A stretch of 64,000 nucleotides of DNA, taken from contig JAQGDQ010000055.1 in assembly GCA_030141605.1 (NCBI GenBank), positions 372,001-436,000 on the forward strand. Reading direction: 5' to 3'. Below the pieces are notes generated by a model, which saw nothing but the letters and a program-made list of their open reading frames with translations, had not been told where the DNA came from and did not search any database. The position numbers and the translations under genes were made by a program. The DNA comes from Tubiluchus corallicola (taxonomy: Eukaryota; Animalia; Priapulida). Positions within the stretch are counted from its first letter, which is position 1; each line of letters opens with the position of its first letter. Shown piece after piece: positions 1 to 14,100 of the stretch.

Positions 1-3000
1 TAAGATATAACTTTATAGTTTTTTGGCTTTTATTCTAGCTGAAAATGAGTGAAATGGAAAATAATTTTAACTTTTATATTTATTGATTTTTCTCAGATAG
101 GAATATCAAACAGTAAATAAATTTAATGGAAAAGTGATGTCACATTAAGTCTGGTGTTCTCGCATTATAATATGTGGGAAACTGAAATTCCTAGCCAGTA
201 CTACTGGGTTAACACCTAGCAAATTTCAGTGATATAACCGTAATTGTAAGTGTTCATTTTCGTAAATCAAGCAATTTTTCTAGCTAATTATTTACAAATT
301 TGGATAATCTTGCCAACTTTGAAGCTGACTCGGTGTAGTATACAACTAGTAGGACTATAAGCAGTTATTGCAAGACAAGAATGTTAGTGCAGCATGCTTC
401 GATTTTGTCCTTGGGTGATTTCCTGCCTATTCTTGTGAATCTGAGAAGCTGACTTTGACCCAGCTACTTTTGTTCTAATAGTTTGGTAAATTTATCAAGA
501 AAACTTAGATACCGGTACTAATTAATCTACTACTGAAGCACAGTTATTCCGGATTTTTTATTTAGACTGCTTAGGGTTCAATTTCACATGTCAAATAAGC
601 GTTGATGAAAAAAGAGCATACTTCCAACGAAAATCTATTAAGTGGAAATTTGGGCATCTTCATCATTATCAATTAATTAATTATGAATGTTAAATAATAT
701 AACAATAAGCTATTTGAGGATGCAGTATATTGGAAAATTCTCTTTATGACAGTCATATGTGTTTGCAGCCCTGTTTCCTTTGAACATCTCACTTTTAGCA
801 TCAGCTTCTGATTTCATAAGGGAAGCATATGTGCCGTTTCGCTCGTGTAACACTGTGTTATTGACTAGTGTTGTTACTTTATTATCACCGTTATCTCTTT
901 CCATGCTTTACTGACATCCTATGGTAAAAGCCATGTAAACAGGCAGCATCCTAAGGGGAATCTTCCCAGTTATAAAAAGCAACTTTAGTGACTGGATAAT
1001 AGCTTTAGCCTTTTACTAAGCATACTCAGAAAATATTTAGTGGAGTCTGCTTTCCAACATATAAGTCTGATGGATCACTTTGGGAACACATTAACACTAC
1101 TTTACGTGGATAAAGCTTCTGAGCTAGCCTTCAGTCAGACAGAATAAAAGACGATGAGTCAATTAATAAAGGTAACCTATTGTTGAGCAAGGAATAGTGG
1201 AGTATCCATAAAAATGTCTTCCTCAAAATTTGCCTTAATACTGTCCTTCTATGTCTGTGGCGATAAATTCTGAACCATGTTTCTTTTGTATTGAAGTGTC
1301 AGTGTATTGAAGAATGACTAGAGACTAACTGCTGCTTTTTCTTGCCTGAGCCCATCTTGGTGGCTGAGATTCGGACAGTCAGGGACACTAGTTTGATGAC
1401 TTGTGCTTTTGTTATGCAAACGCAGATGTGAGTTCGTGTTTTGCAAGTACTTCACAAATGAGTGCAACCATTTTTTTGTTAAAAATTCCTTAAATTTTAT
1501 TTTTAAATCTGGTAATAGATTCTCCACATACCTGTTAGGCCTATTCTTCTTGTTGCCTTGTTGCAGTTCTGATGATTGTGCATGAAGTCCGTCATTTTGG
1601 GACTATATTCAGGAGACTAAATAGAATTACAGTCTAACAGTCTGTATATGAAGTCGACTGGAGGTTTACTGAAGTACTATTTTGGATTAACTGTTGAAAC
1701 TGGGTTTTCTGTAGGTCATTGAAAGAATGCCAAGATGACAGTGATGACATCACAGCTCAAAAAACACTTGAAAACACATTACAGAATTACTGAATAAACC
1801 CAAGATCATTTACCAGAGCTCTTTCTTGAGGCCATTCCTAGATCGCAATGACAATATTGCATTTGAAAGGGCATCTCATGGCATATAATCTACTCACAGA
1901 AATTTATTTTTCCCCAAAGTTCGCTAAGCTTTAGGTGTCAAACTTAGTCACATAATAACTGTGTAGAATTTTGCTTCAGCTTCATCTATTTCTCATTAAT
2001 GAAGATTATAAGGTGCCTTTCTGCTAGGATCAGATCATCAGATGTCTTACCTTACAACTCATTTGTAACTAAATTCTTTGGAAAAGGCTTCTAGCAGCTT
2101 TGAATTGCTTGGAAAACTTTAGGATAAAACCCTTTGCTTAAGACGATTAGATGATGTCGTACATCAGTCTTCAACATTGGGACCAGCCATTGTGGTAACA
2201 CTTAACAATATCCTTTTTTTATTCAGTCTAGATTGAGCTTGAACGAGCTTTGAGCTAGATTGATATATTATTAAGTTTTTCCAGCACATAAATCGTACTA
2301 ATTTTCGTTTTATTATTTTTTATGTATTGTAACATGGTGCTTTTGCTAGCAATCTACAAATTTTGCAGTAGTTGTATTAAACTAATAAATCTCTACTTAA
2401 TTATATTCTATGAAAAACTTGAGTCTACCATCTGATATTCGTTATTTACCCCATTTTCAACTTTGTTAGATACAAATTTAGATATATTTGTTAGAGAATC
2501 TAGATACTCGAAGATTCTTTTATTGGTTGGTGTTGTGTGTGTTTACGCATTATGATGTAATATCAATATCATATCAGTTTCACTTCTCACCATCTAAATG
2601 TCATTCATATAAATTTACATAGTGCTGGTGGTTCTAAAGTGGCGTTTAAGTAGCATCCGGAATTCGTTAAGCGTTAACCAATTGTGGAATAGCGGCGGAA
2701 AAAACAACAGGATATAGCTACTGAAAAAAATAACGCATAACGCAGATCTGATAAACGGGTGCATTGAAAACAATATAAACCGAGTTTATCTATTCCGCAC
2801 CCCCATAACGTATACGCATTCCGGTCGCTACATAAACGCCACTCAAGAGGTGAGAAAATGGTGTTCATTGCTTCTGATGTTGGTCACCGTACCAACGAGA
2901 ATCCGCCTGCCTTCTGGTGGTTGTAAATCGACTGTAATGTCTAAATGTTCACGCAACAAACGAGGAAAACTAGCGGACGCCGGACTGCCACGCAAATGCA

Positions 3001-4567
3001 ATTTGAATGCCCGAATCATCTATTATTTACTCGCTTAATTCACTTTTGCCTCCTGTTTTCTTGAATAATTTAGTACTAATTACTCAAAGATTGTCAGTTA
3101 CCTAGTCCAGTAGTAAATATCTTCACCATTTTCTCGAATTTTTTCTGGAACAGTGATTTGATCAAGGCGTTGTAATGTAACGTAATGTGAACGGGGGTTA
3201 ACATAGCAAGTTCTTCAAGAGTGCAACTAAAATGTTTAGATATTGATTGATATCAGAGCTCTAAGTGAATTGAAGTGAATTCTATACAGTTCTTTCATCA
3301 GAGATTTCAGGCTAAACAAAAATCGTTGCGCTCATTTCTGTGGTAAAATATGTGACCTAAGTGATCGATCTAGAGCTACTGTAAGTCCTAGGACTTCAAA
3401 CTTTAATGCATTAGGATAGTTTATTAGACGCCACAATAAGTTACTCAAGGTACTCTAAACTGTAACGGACGTTTGCTTTTCATTGCAACACAAATATGCT
3501 TTAAATCTGGTAGGTTTTGTCACGTCTTGAGCTTGAGATTTATTGGCATTTCTCTGCTGGAAGAGACATGATTATAAATAATAAGTAGAAACCGCGTGAA
3601 ACGGAAGTGTGCTATCATTCACCACGTTGAAATAACCGAGGAAAGAATTTTGCTGAGCGCTAGAAAATTTATGACCTCAGAGTAGCAAGAATTCTTACGA
3701 ATGGCGTCTTCGATGATTAGATCGTTTTTGGCTTGTTTCAAAACTTTCAAAAAATGTGTGGAGTTAAAAGAAAATGGGTCTGTGTTTTTAGTTAATTTAT
3801 AGTCAGGTCAATTTATGGTGCGATAACAACATTACTCAAAATGTCGCTTTCTGAGAAACAGAATCATTCCCTACTAATTAATAGTTACTCGGGTAGAAAG
3901 TCTAAACTAGTTAGAATGAGGAAGGTTTAAAAATGCTCCATTACATTTTGTATGTTAATAAATTTCTTTGCAAATTTCTCGGCAAACGATAGTTTGACAT
4001 TATGTCTTTCACCACAGCTATACAATAATTACAATGGCCACGGGGCACTTGTGGCATTCTATTTTAAATTTTTGGATAATAATTAACCCTAGCTGGACGT
4101 AGTGATATTTACTCTATACTGTCGTGAACTGCCGACGGACTTCTAGTAATGAACCGGTTGGCGGCAGTACCGCTGAACGTGAATTGTAAAAATAGGCCAT
4201 TGTGTGTAGCTCACCGTCTATAGTGAAGCCCTTCTTGTGCCTAAGCCCTCCAGCGTGAGTGTTGTTAGCTTGTTCTGATACACGTATATGTATCTCATTA
4301 AAAAATTCAATACGCTAAACAAGGCAGACTGCAGGTAAAACATGGAATGAGCTCGTGCAGATGTGGCACAATAGGCTCCTGCACGCAACGGTTGTATTGA
4401 TCTTCAATCTAGCCTAAAGCACTCAAATATTAGTCCAACCTTACCTGCTCAGGTAATTAAACTACATTGATTATCATTATCGTCCAGATGGTGTTCCACC
4501 CCATAATCTCCAATGGCTTCACGAGTGGGAGGTGTTACCGAGCAGGATTCTTGAATAGCAGCACTAG

Positions 4568-4993
4568 TACAATCAAACACATTAGCTGAGATATGCCAGT
4601 TAATCAGTAGAGTCAAAGTGAAACAGGTGTATTCAATAGGTAAATTAGGAATAGGTTATGTTAGGTTAGGTTAAGCTATACTGTACTAGGTTTTTGTTAA
4701 TTTAAACGTACAATCAAGCACATTAGCTGAGATATGCTAGATGATTAGAAGAGTCAAAGTGGAACAAGTGTATTCAATATGTAAATTAGGAATGGGTTAT
4801 GTTAGATTAGGTTAGGTTAGCTTAACCATGCTGTACTAGATTTTTGCTGATTTGAACATACAATCAGGCACATTAGCTGATATATGCTAGTTGTTCATCA
4901 GAGTGAAAGTGAAATAGGTGTATTCAATTGGTAAATTAGGAATGGGTTATGTTAGGTTAGGTTAAACTATACTGTACTAGGTTTTTGTTGATT
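4568..4993. repeat. Tandem repeat, ~141-150 bp x3, containing short (GTTAG)n runs
   Basis: Unit tacaatcaa.cacattagctgagatatgc...aattaggaatgggttatgttaggttaggtt...ctgtactaggtttttg restarts at 4568, 4709 and 4859. Confidence 0.9.
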
Positions 4994-6723
4994 TTTGTAA
5001 AACTCTGTAATTGTAGCTCTAAAAATAGAATTTATTCCCTGTCCCGGCAAAACTCATGAATGCTATGTTATGTGCCTTTTTTAAGTAATTCTTTCCTCCC
5101 TAAAACATCTGTGAAAACATTGAAGATTTTGTGTCTTTGAACAATCGTTTATTGACTGTTTCTACTAAGCTATCGTCACAAAATTACTCGCATGCATTGG
5201 CGGAAGAGTAATAGATGAGCAGTCACAGTGTTTGTTTAGCTAAACTGGTGAAGCATTGCTAACCCTAGTTAGTAAATGGATAGGTAGCCAAGCTGAGCTG
5301 TTTTACTTCTCATATTGCCTCTAGATATTTACTAAATTGAGAGACATTGTACGGTGATTGTGCCACAGCTGTTCAATGTTAGTAATAGGTCTTGTTTTGA
5401 ATGCTTAATATCCTCTTGAAATGCAGAGTGCAGACAGTATAAAAACGGTTTGCGACACCCTATTTTTCAACTATTTGCTTTTTTCTTGGTCAAAGGTTAA
5501 TTTCACATACGCATTAGAATGTCAGAGACTAAGAGTCTGTATAAATACAAAAATAAATAAATGATAAAGTTATTTTGACTAACTGCAAGGTTATCAACTG
5601 GGTGGTTTGAAAGGGCTGCAAATTGTGTCCTAAGACCAACAAAAATAGTTCATACGTGCCAAGACCCAAAGTTCCAAACTCAACTACAGGGTTGAAACCC
5701 TGACCCTGAAATAATAGTCTTGTCTGTACTGTGTGTGTGGTCATAGCTAGTAGCATCATTTACGTACATATAATCATTTAGTTATACAGGCGTATATACT
5801 TGAACTTACTAGACCCGTGTTTTAATTGAGACGGAAAATGCTAAGCCAGGGAAGTGCAATACTCCACTCTAGTGTACAGCTGGCTACACCTCTGCAGACC
5901 TCCATGGTTACATGTCTGACAGCACTGCAGCCTAGATACTTCCAGTTACAATTTTGAAGCGAAATGAACTAACTGTCTAGCCATTTACATCAGCTTATCA
6001 AAGCTGAGTGTGGTTATACTGCTAATTTGCATTTCACCTATCAAACTCTTAAAGGCGTAAAAAGCTTTATTTGAAGCTTGCAAAATAATTATTTTAAATT
6101 GCCTCATGAATAGCCAAGTATCAAGAAAATTCTAGATTACAACTACATGTAATTTACTGCTTATCATAACAAAGTTGCAGTTTTGAACCGTTTTCATGCA
6201 TTGTTTGCAAAATAAAGAAATTTGGGATAAAAACTTGTAAAAGTTCAAACAAAAGCAAAAACTTTGCATTAGTTTAACTTTACAGAAGTTGATTTGTCCA
6301 TCATAATAGGTAGGTAAATTCGACTTTATAGAGACTTATGCATAGTTATGCAAATTGATTTAGGATAACATCAGTTCTAAGCCCTTGTCAATTTAGTACT
6401 TTCTGTACAGTACAACTTATTAATTGTTTATGGCGTCTTACTATTCCAAACGTAACTATTTTTTCAACATTTGCACAGTGGCATGAAAAAAGTTTGAAAG
6501 CATTTGCCTTATCTGCTGAGTTTTTTTGCCTAGGCACACATATGTTCATTGTTTTTTACGGCTTAATGCAGTTACAACGCAGCGTGCCAGAATTTGGTTT
6601 GGAATAATTGAGAAAATGAACATCCTTTTGCTATGGATAGCTTCTGTGTGCTTTATGTTTAGTACAAGTTCCAGAATATGGGATATACAATTTCCAAATA
6701 ATATTTTGACACTGTATCCAAAG

Positions 6724-7360
6724 TGCAAAATTATGCCTGACCCATACACATGTTTTTGCTTAGAAGGATATACTGGAAGCAGCTTTAACACATTCAATCC
6801 CTGCTCTTCAAATCCATGTCTCAATGATGGATCATGTGAAAATACAGCCAATTCTTATACATGCTCATGTGTGCAAGGATATTTTGTAGTCTTCAAACCC
6901 ATGTCTGAATAATGGAACATGCACAAACATGCCTGATTCGTACATGTCTTCTTCCAAACAATGATATAGCAGGTCTAACTGCAACTTACTTGATTTCTGT
7001 ATATCAGATCCATGTCTGATTAATGGAACAAACACAAGCATGCCAGAGTCATACATGTGCTCTTGTGCACAAGGATATATCGGCTCTAACTGTAACTCAT
7101 ATGATTTTTGCATGTTAGAGACTTGTCTGAATAATGGAACATGCAACAATATGCCTGACTCATACCAATGTCTTTATTTAGAAGGATATACTGGAAGCAA
7201 CTGTAGCACATTCAGTACTGCACTTCAAGTCCATATCTCATTGTTGGATCATGCGAAAATACAGCCAATTCTTATACATGCTCTTGTGTGCAAGGATGTT
7301 TTGGATCAAACTGTAGCTCATTTGGTCCTTGTTTTTCAAACCCATGTCTGAATGATGGAA
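6724..7360 (+). pseudogene. Decayed tandem EGF-like repeat remnant (Notch/fibropellin-type), ~7 units of ~37 aa
   Basis: Units such as PCSSNPCLNDGSCENTANSYTCSCVQGY, FCISDPCLINGT...YMCSCAQGYIGSNC and FCMLETCLNNGTCNNMPDSYQCLYLEGYTGSNC. Broken by a deletion (~6883), an in-frame TGA (~6962), a frameshift (~7218) and lost cysteines. Confidence 0.85.
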
Positions 7361-9295
7361 TCTGTCGTTATTTCGATTTGTTACCAATTCGGCACTCAGC
7401 CAATATCTGCCAGTTGCTACATAGTATATCATACGTGAGTACGACTTGAGTTGCAAATGTTTGAAAATACTAAAGGTTTCCATTGGTATAGGAGAGACTA
7501 GAAGTAGTTCCGTTTTTACAATTTAAATTAAACTTTGTTAATAGAACCTAAAATTGGTATGATTAGATTATAAATAACAACTGTGTGTCTAAGTAGTGTT
7601 GTTAGATCATTGTTATTGCTTCATATATGTATCTGGCCATTTTTGCATATAAGCTTATGAAATTGGTCACAACCGTGCAGTAGGATATAGTTACAACTAT
7701 GACTATTTGTGTTGTTTTATTGTAGGTGAGACCACCCTCCAATGACTGTAAATTAGTGGATTTGAGATGTCTTGAATAAATTGTTTATAATACTATGTAG
7801 AAACTTTTTGATGTCTCCTTTTATGAGATTCCTTTGGAGATTTCCTAATAAATATACTAAACATTTATTTTTTCAAAGCTCAATTTATGTCTGTTTCATA
7901 TAGGGCTACCTAGTGCTGTAGCTGTGTAACTAAATTTTGATGTGTACTATACACTCTAAAAAGTTTGACTTAGTGGGAGTCACTGCTACACACTGGGTAT
8001 CGTAAGTGAAAAGCCTCAATCAATTTACAATGTAAGGTGGTAGCAATTGACGTCTGCAAGATGGTTGACGAGGGTTCAGCCAGTTAGAATAAGCTGCATT
8101 CGAATTTCATGTTTTAAAATTATGATAAATAAGACAGTACGTGACATATGTCCCCACGTCCGTTTCAAGACAATTTTTCTATTTAACACAATTCTATGAT
8201 GAACTAACCATATTTAGGCAAACCTGCTATTGACTTGTATGAGGCAACAAATTCGAAGGTAATTGAATTTCCAATAACACCTACACAATTGTATATATAT
8301 ATATATATATATATATAGTAGCTTTTTTGGTCATTGGAGCTAATCATCTAAACTTAGAAATCTTTCTATTAACTTTGAATTTTTTAAAAACATTGGGTTG
8401 GATAGTAAAAAGCATATTTTTCTAATTGTTATTCATATGAAATGTTTCGTCGGAATTTGTTGATTTCCTCTTTATTAAATGAAATTAAGTACGAGTATCA
8501 AATGGGGTTGAGACAGTTGTACTACTTGTGGTTCTAAAGGATTATTCATAGTTGTAGAGATGACCTTGTGTGATAATTTCTTCTGTTTGTTACCTCTTAA
8601 AGGGTTGAACTCTCAGTAGCTAAATCTAACTTGATTAGATGAGGTTACCCAGTGAACTTTTTATTTTATTTTGACTATTCCAGCATTTGAAGTTAAATCT
8701 GACAAAAAAGTTCATTTCAATTTGAGCAGCAAGGGAGGTGCTATAATTTGACAAGAATAATCCATTTTGAATGAGATTGAGTGTAGTACACATATAGATT
8801 AGCGGTCAAGTTCTCGTGATATGTTCTGAAAGAACTTCTGTTTGCGTTTATTGTTAATTTTTGCTGTTAAATGGCACAGTGAATTTAGAGAATTAGAATA
8901 TAGAAGAGAAAATTATAATTAGTTCGTGTGCTTCACTACTGCTTTTTGTAAATTCCATTAGAGATCTAAGGTCATTTTCTGGATTTTACTGTCATTATAC
9001 TCGTTATCTACAGATGCTAGGTGTCTTTTTTCAATTTCCCATTAAAATCCACTTTTTGGGATGGGCTCCATGCGGTTCTTCGTTTCTAAATCGCACTTCG
9101 TTCTTCGAAACTGGTTTGTGGATCTTTTTCAATCCTTTCTTAAAGTGAAGGATTAGGCTTGCTCTGCTGATGATAATCATTGTTGAAGGGTTGATATTGT
9201 ATGTGACCTGACCTTGCTATTCTTTGGCACCTAGGTGAGGTAAGCTCGATTTTACTTAAGTAGATTTGCATTAAATGAGCTTGATTTTTTTACAG

Positions 9296-9373
9296 GTGCG
9301 GACACTATTTGTTAGTGGACTTCCACTTGACGCCAAACCTAGAGAACTGTACCTGCTATTTCGGGCATATGAG
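9296..9373 (+). CDS. cpo: couch potato/RBPMS-family RNA-binding protein, first visible exon (RRM1 RNP2: [26 protein letters not shown])
   Basis: tttttttacag acceptor, GTATGT donor, 78 nt, phase 0/0; peptide matches the start of the cpo/RBPMS/MEC-8 RRM. Confidence 0.93.
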
Positions 9374-9584
9374 GTATGTGTATGTAATTACTATATATTG
9401 AATTTCTGGCTCCATCAGGTTGATTAGGAAATGGCAAAATGAGAGAAGATGATATTTACCAAGCAAATTAGCAGTACAAGCAGTTTTTCAAATAATTGCA
9501 TTTTTACATTGTGCTGCTGCCTTGGATTTGCCATCAACCTTCTTTACATGAAACATTTTAGATTCGCAGTTTATTCACCTAGAA

Positions 9585-9731
9585 ATATTTCAAAAATAAC
9601 TGCAACAGGATCTGCTAGTTATCTCTTGTGATATTTCAGAAATAACTGCAACAGAGTAATCTATTAGTTATTTTTAGTGATATTTCAGAAATAACTGCAG
9701 CAAGATTTGCTAGTTATCTCTAGAGATATTT
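9585..9731. repeat. Tandem repeat ~46-50 bp x3
   Basis: atatttcagaaataactgcaacag...ctagttatctc repeated three times. Confidence 0.75.
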
Positions 9732-11032
9732 AAAAAGTAATGGTGGTTAAAACTGTCCTTTTTCCTTCTTTTAGATTGTATAATAGATATACACGCTTGT
9801 TTCCAAAGTTGGAAAAGCATTGCGAAGTCAAATCTTGCTACGTAACTAAATTTGCTGTGTTACTTTCGTTAAGGCTGATTTTCCATGGATGGTCTAAAAT
9901 GCTTTTTAGTAAGTTGGATGGGTGGCTGGAGTAGCTGATGCGTTATCCTGTTCTGTGGCTGGTCAAAATGGGAAAAATTTTCGGGATGTTTTCAATTACT
10001 TGACATCAATTAGTGCAAATATTTTTGAACGGGAACATTAATAGTTTAATAAATTATATTTTCCATGGCATTTTTTTCCACGTGAGCAAATAACTTTAAA
10101 AATGCCAAGTTTAAAACTCTAAAACCTAAAGTTACGAACTAATTGTAGCTGTTCTAGAAAATACTGAATGAATTGTTCCAATAGGAACAATAAAATTTCT
10201 CGCGGTATAATTACAGGAAATGACAAATTTATATATGAACTGGTAGAGATGAGTTGCACTGGATGCTTACGCATCGTGCTTAGCTGCGTGTTCTGAGTGT
10301 TACTGAGCAAGCCTGGTCTATTATGCAAAACTAGTAAAATTCTATTTTATAGTTCACATAAATCATATTGAACGCACCCAGGAAATGATTTCTAAGCATT
10401 GTTGTAAAACCGGCTTGATGTCTGCTTTCGTTTTGAACGGCATGAACGATAATAATTAGTTTCATATTCGCTCGATCTGCACCAATTCACTGTGCAAAGC
10501 ACCCAAACGTTCGTTCAGCAATTCAACATTATAATTAATCACAATTATCGTTATAAACTAGAATCTTCAATGCAGGTCTAACTGGTTACAGTTCATAAAA
10601 CAATTTTCCATTTCTGTTCTGATATTTCGACCTGTTAACTACGGTATAGGTTGCTATGTAGTGATAGAGTGATTGTTACATTTTGGAAACGATGTCTTTA
10701 AGTTTACAAAGTTCACAAGGACAGGTGATGTTTCATAGCTTCTTAACAGTGAGATATAAAGAAGAGAAAAATTATTTTGAAACTTGCGGTAGCAGCGCAT
10801 TTGAAAAGGTCTTAAGATGCTCTTTATTAACTTAAATTAGATCGGACTTAAGTAAATGAGATGGTAGGACAGTTTTATTCTTTGAAATGTGCCCTGAAGT
10901 CAAAACCATTTGATGGAACTAAGTGAATCTGTAAAGGTCATCTCATTCTCTATAGTAAGAATATGGATATAAATATGTTTGGAGAATGATATGTATCTCA
11001 TATAGTATATCAAACAAACAAAAAATTTTTAA

Positions 11033-11504
11033 AGGAAGACAGAATGATTTTCCATATACTACCCCATTTTCAAGTCCAATAAAAAGTATACATTTTAATA
11101 CAATTAATACTGCAAAAGCATTTCTGATAATTAAATGATAAATTAAAATCTTAATTAACGCCGGACGAGCCCAACAATTAATGACATCAAAAACTAACAT
11201 AATATTCAACAACAAAAATATTCTACAAACGTGTTGCCTAGTTTAAGTTTTAAGATAAAAAAATTTCAAATTTTACATTTACCGCTGTGCTTACTCATGA
11301 GTTGTAGAACGTATGGAGTTCGTCACAAACTAACACATTTGAACTGAGAGTTACAGCATCTGTTTTTTGTGCAGTGCATTTCCAAAATGCAGGGGCTAGT
11401 AAATGGCGAAATGCATGTAACAGCCAAGAACTAGTGGTGCAAACGTGAAATTGTATTTATGTGGTAATAATTCTTTCACGTACGATATTAGGTCCGGTTT
11501 TGCT
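11033..11504. mobile_element. Non-autonomous DNA transposon, family K1 (Kolobok-like)
   Basis: TTAA|AGGAAGACAGAA...TCCGGTTTTGCT|TTAA; internal sequence shared with copies at 33331, 39190 and 60073. Confidence 0.75.
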
Positions 11505-12199
11505 TTAAAATTATGTACCAGGCATTATTAGCTCTTGGCCTGTTAATGAATTAGATTTTGTGGTGAGCTCTCTATCACATCTGTCTTCATGTATCACGTT
11601 ATCTGTTGCCTTGATCTTCATCATCATTAGTTCTCTGCTAAGCATGTGCTGCTTCATCAATTATTGCTTCAAAAGCGCAATTTGATTAATTAATTAGACG
11701 TCAAATCATGGCGCGGCTCGTTAATTATTCAATCGTTATTGTTGATTATTTCCCTGATTTTTGTCCTCGGTGTTGAATTTTTAATGAGCGCAAGATTGCT
11801 ACCTGCAGATTGCGTCTTCCTGGCGCACCTGTCTCGCGTGAAAGAGCAGTTTAGGCCAGGTACGTGATCACCTGTCACTGCAGTAGAGCTATAACCTTCA
11901 AGTTTTAGTTGACATTTACCAGGGGAACAATAGTACACACCTATCTATAGCTTATGTGTTATGAAATCTTTAACATAATAACGTAATGGCAAGCTACTTT
12001 ACAATAGTGATCAAGTACAGATTCTCCAGAAAATGCAATGTCGAATACAAGGACAACTTTGTCATAATTGTGACTTTACCACATAATGACTTTACCGTTG
12101 CGTTGCCCTTTAATTATTAGTGAGTGCATTGTTCGTGTTCTTTGTCACATGACATCTTTGCACATTATACATCCCGTAATTACTGCAGTAACCGATAAT

Positions 12200-12312
12200 A
12201 AAGTTACAGGAAAAAAAATCACAATTTTGGCTGAGGTTAGGGTTAGGATTATTGTTATTTTTCCCGTGACTTTTTTCTGTGACGTTTTGCCTGCGACTTT
12301 TTTACCTGGATA
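12200..12312. repeat. Short dispersed repeat (tcacaattttggct..ggttagggtta..gtgactttt..tttacctg); other copies ~15068-15200 and ~16600-16700
   Basis: Three similar ~110 bp segments within the large cpo intron. Confidence 0.65.
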
Positions 12313-13527
12313 AATTTCAGAGCAATACGCGTTGCGTTTATCTAATTCATATTTTCTTTTTCCATCACTGTATGAATCGCTGTAACAGTACATCTAGTAT
12401 TTGAAACCACCGCGGCGTGAGTTCAATCCCATTCAGAAACTATTTCCATTATCGAGTTAGTTTCTTATCAGTAAGTTGGCTTGTTCTAAATTGAATGCAC
12501 ATCATGAAACGGACCGCCGGGTGCGTGTAAGTGTGTATCTTGTCTGGTTTCGTCGAGACAGAATGTCATGGAACTCAATTTCCATTGGCTACATATAAAG
12601 CAAAGCTGTCTGCAAAAGCGATCAAAGGCTGCATTTAAGGAAAACGCTCTAATAACTTCTCTCTTTAGCTGCACAGTAATGGTATTTTTCTGCGGAGGGT
12701 TTATTTTCATCTCGTTCACAAAAACGCCGAGAATAGTATACCGTGACGCAGAATTTCCCGCCATCGATTTGCTGGGCACTGAGCAACGCGTTCACGTGTT
12801 GACATTGACGATGCTGTCTACCCCGGAAGGGGGGGGGAGACTGTGATCATGACAATCTTTAGACTTATATAATAGTTTAATTACACATTCGGGTTACAAT
12901 TTACAAAACCTCCCCCTATTTGTTTACCGTCATCCGAATTAATTATAACAGCCGAACGATTCGTTATTTCGCCTTAATTAAGTTTCCGTTTTGATTTGGG
13001 ACGACTGTGTCTGTGTGTGTTGACTGTTGATGGCAATTGTAGAGCGTCTGGTACATGGCTATATCACCTAGAGTCTATTTGCTGACTTACTGATATAGGA
13101 TAATAAATTCCTGGATTATGTCTCTTCATCTCTTTTTTGTCTGTCCCCCCCCCTCTCTCTCTCTTCCCTTTTCTCGCTTGTTCCTCGATTTCTACATGGG
13201 ATACACTCATTTCACCCCAGAATACGCTACGATTAATTCACAATGTTTACCGAATCATTATCCTGGCACTTTCAAATACGATCGTTAACATTGTGCCACA
13301 AAAGCCGTTGCTCATAGGTAAAAAGTAGCTGCCGAGCTTTCCGTGGCGTGCTGTACGAAATCAATTTATCTTTTCCTCTGAAATTCTTCGGGTTCTTAAT
13401 AAGCGCATAAAACGTACAGTTTTGTCTGTGCAGTGGAATCCGCTCGGCTATAAAGCTATAAGCTTGAATTGGAGTGTAGCCGTTCAGTAATGTGCTTGAA
13501 GCAGCCAAGATGATGGCCATACTCTGA

Positions 13528-14048
13528 AGGAAAGAACAAGTCACTCAGTATCTTGAGTTTATTTTACTGTTATCACTTAAACTTAGAAAAATTATAACAA
13601 AGAAATTTGCGGAAAAAACTGCCTGTATAGCATAAATTTACAATACACTGCCTCTGAGTAAAAATTTTCAGGCGTGGTGGTTGCCGCCAAACTGGAATTT
13701 CGTGACTTTTCGTAAGTGCATCGTGGCTTTCCGTAAGCGCGCGCCGCTTAAACTAATTCAAATTCTCCAGCTTACTTAAGATTCACACAAAAATATTACA
13801 AAGCTAGCGATCTAATTTTTTTTTGTAAAAACTTATTACTCTTTTGATGAAGATTGACAGTGCGCTACACAGGACAAAAATGACGTCAATGGAAGAAGAA
13901 TGGACATTTAAAATGGGAGCGCCCAAGCATGAAGTGATTTTACTAATTACGCGAGGCGCTTATTATTACTAAACCACTAAATCCTAACATTTTTCGTAAG
14001 CATTGAAATACGCCTAACAGTAACTTCCTAGAAGACTTAGCCTTTACT
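13528..14048. mobile_element. Non-autonomous DNA transposon, family K2 (Kolobok-like, degraded)
   Basis: AGGAAAGAACAAGTC...GACTTAGCCTTTACT termini; colinear similarity to 25130-25683. Confidence 0.6.
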
Positions 14049-14100
14049 TCATTACAAAACTGGTAATAGGTGAGATTTTTAATATAAATGTGATGATAGA

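Noticed and set aside
2718-2849. Candidate cpo first exon ending ...ATQE|GTGAG
   Set aside because: No in-frame ATG after the TAG at 2715 and no resemblance to the usual cpo N-terminal flank; the real exon is probably outside the window
4655-4965. TTAGG runs as interstitial telomere or taxonomic proof
   Set aside because: Only 2-4 units embedded in a larger repeat unit; TTAGGG-like runs also occur (e.g. ~12237), so they are uninformative
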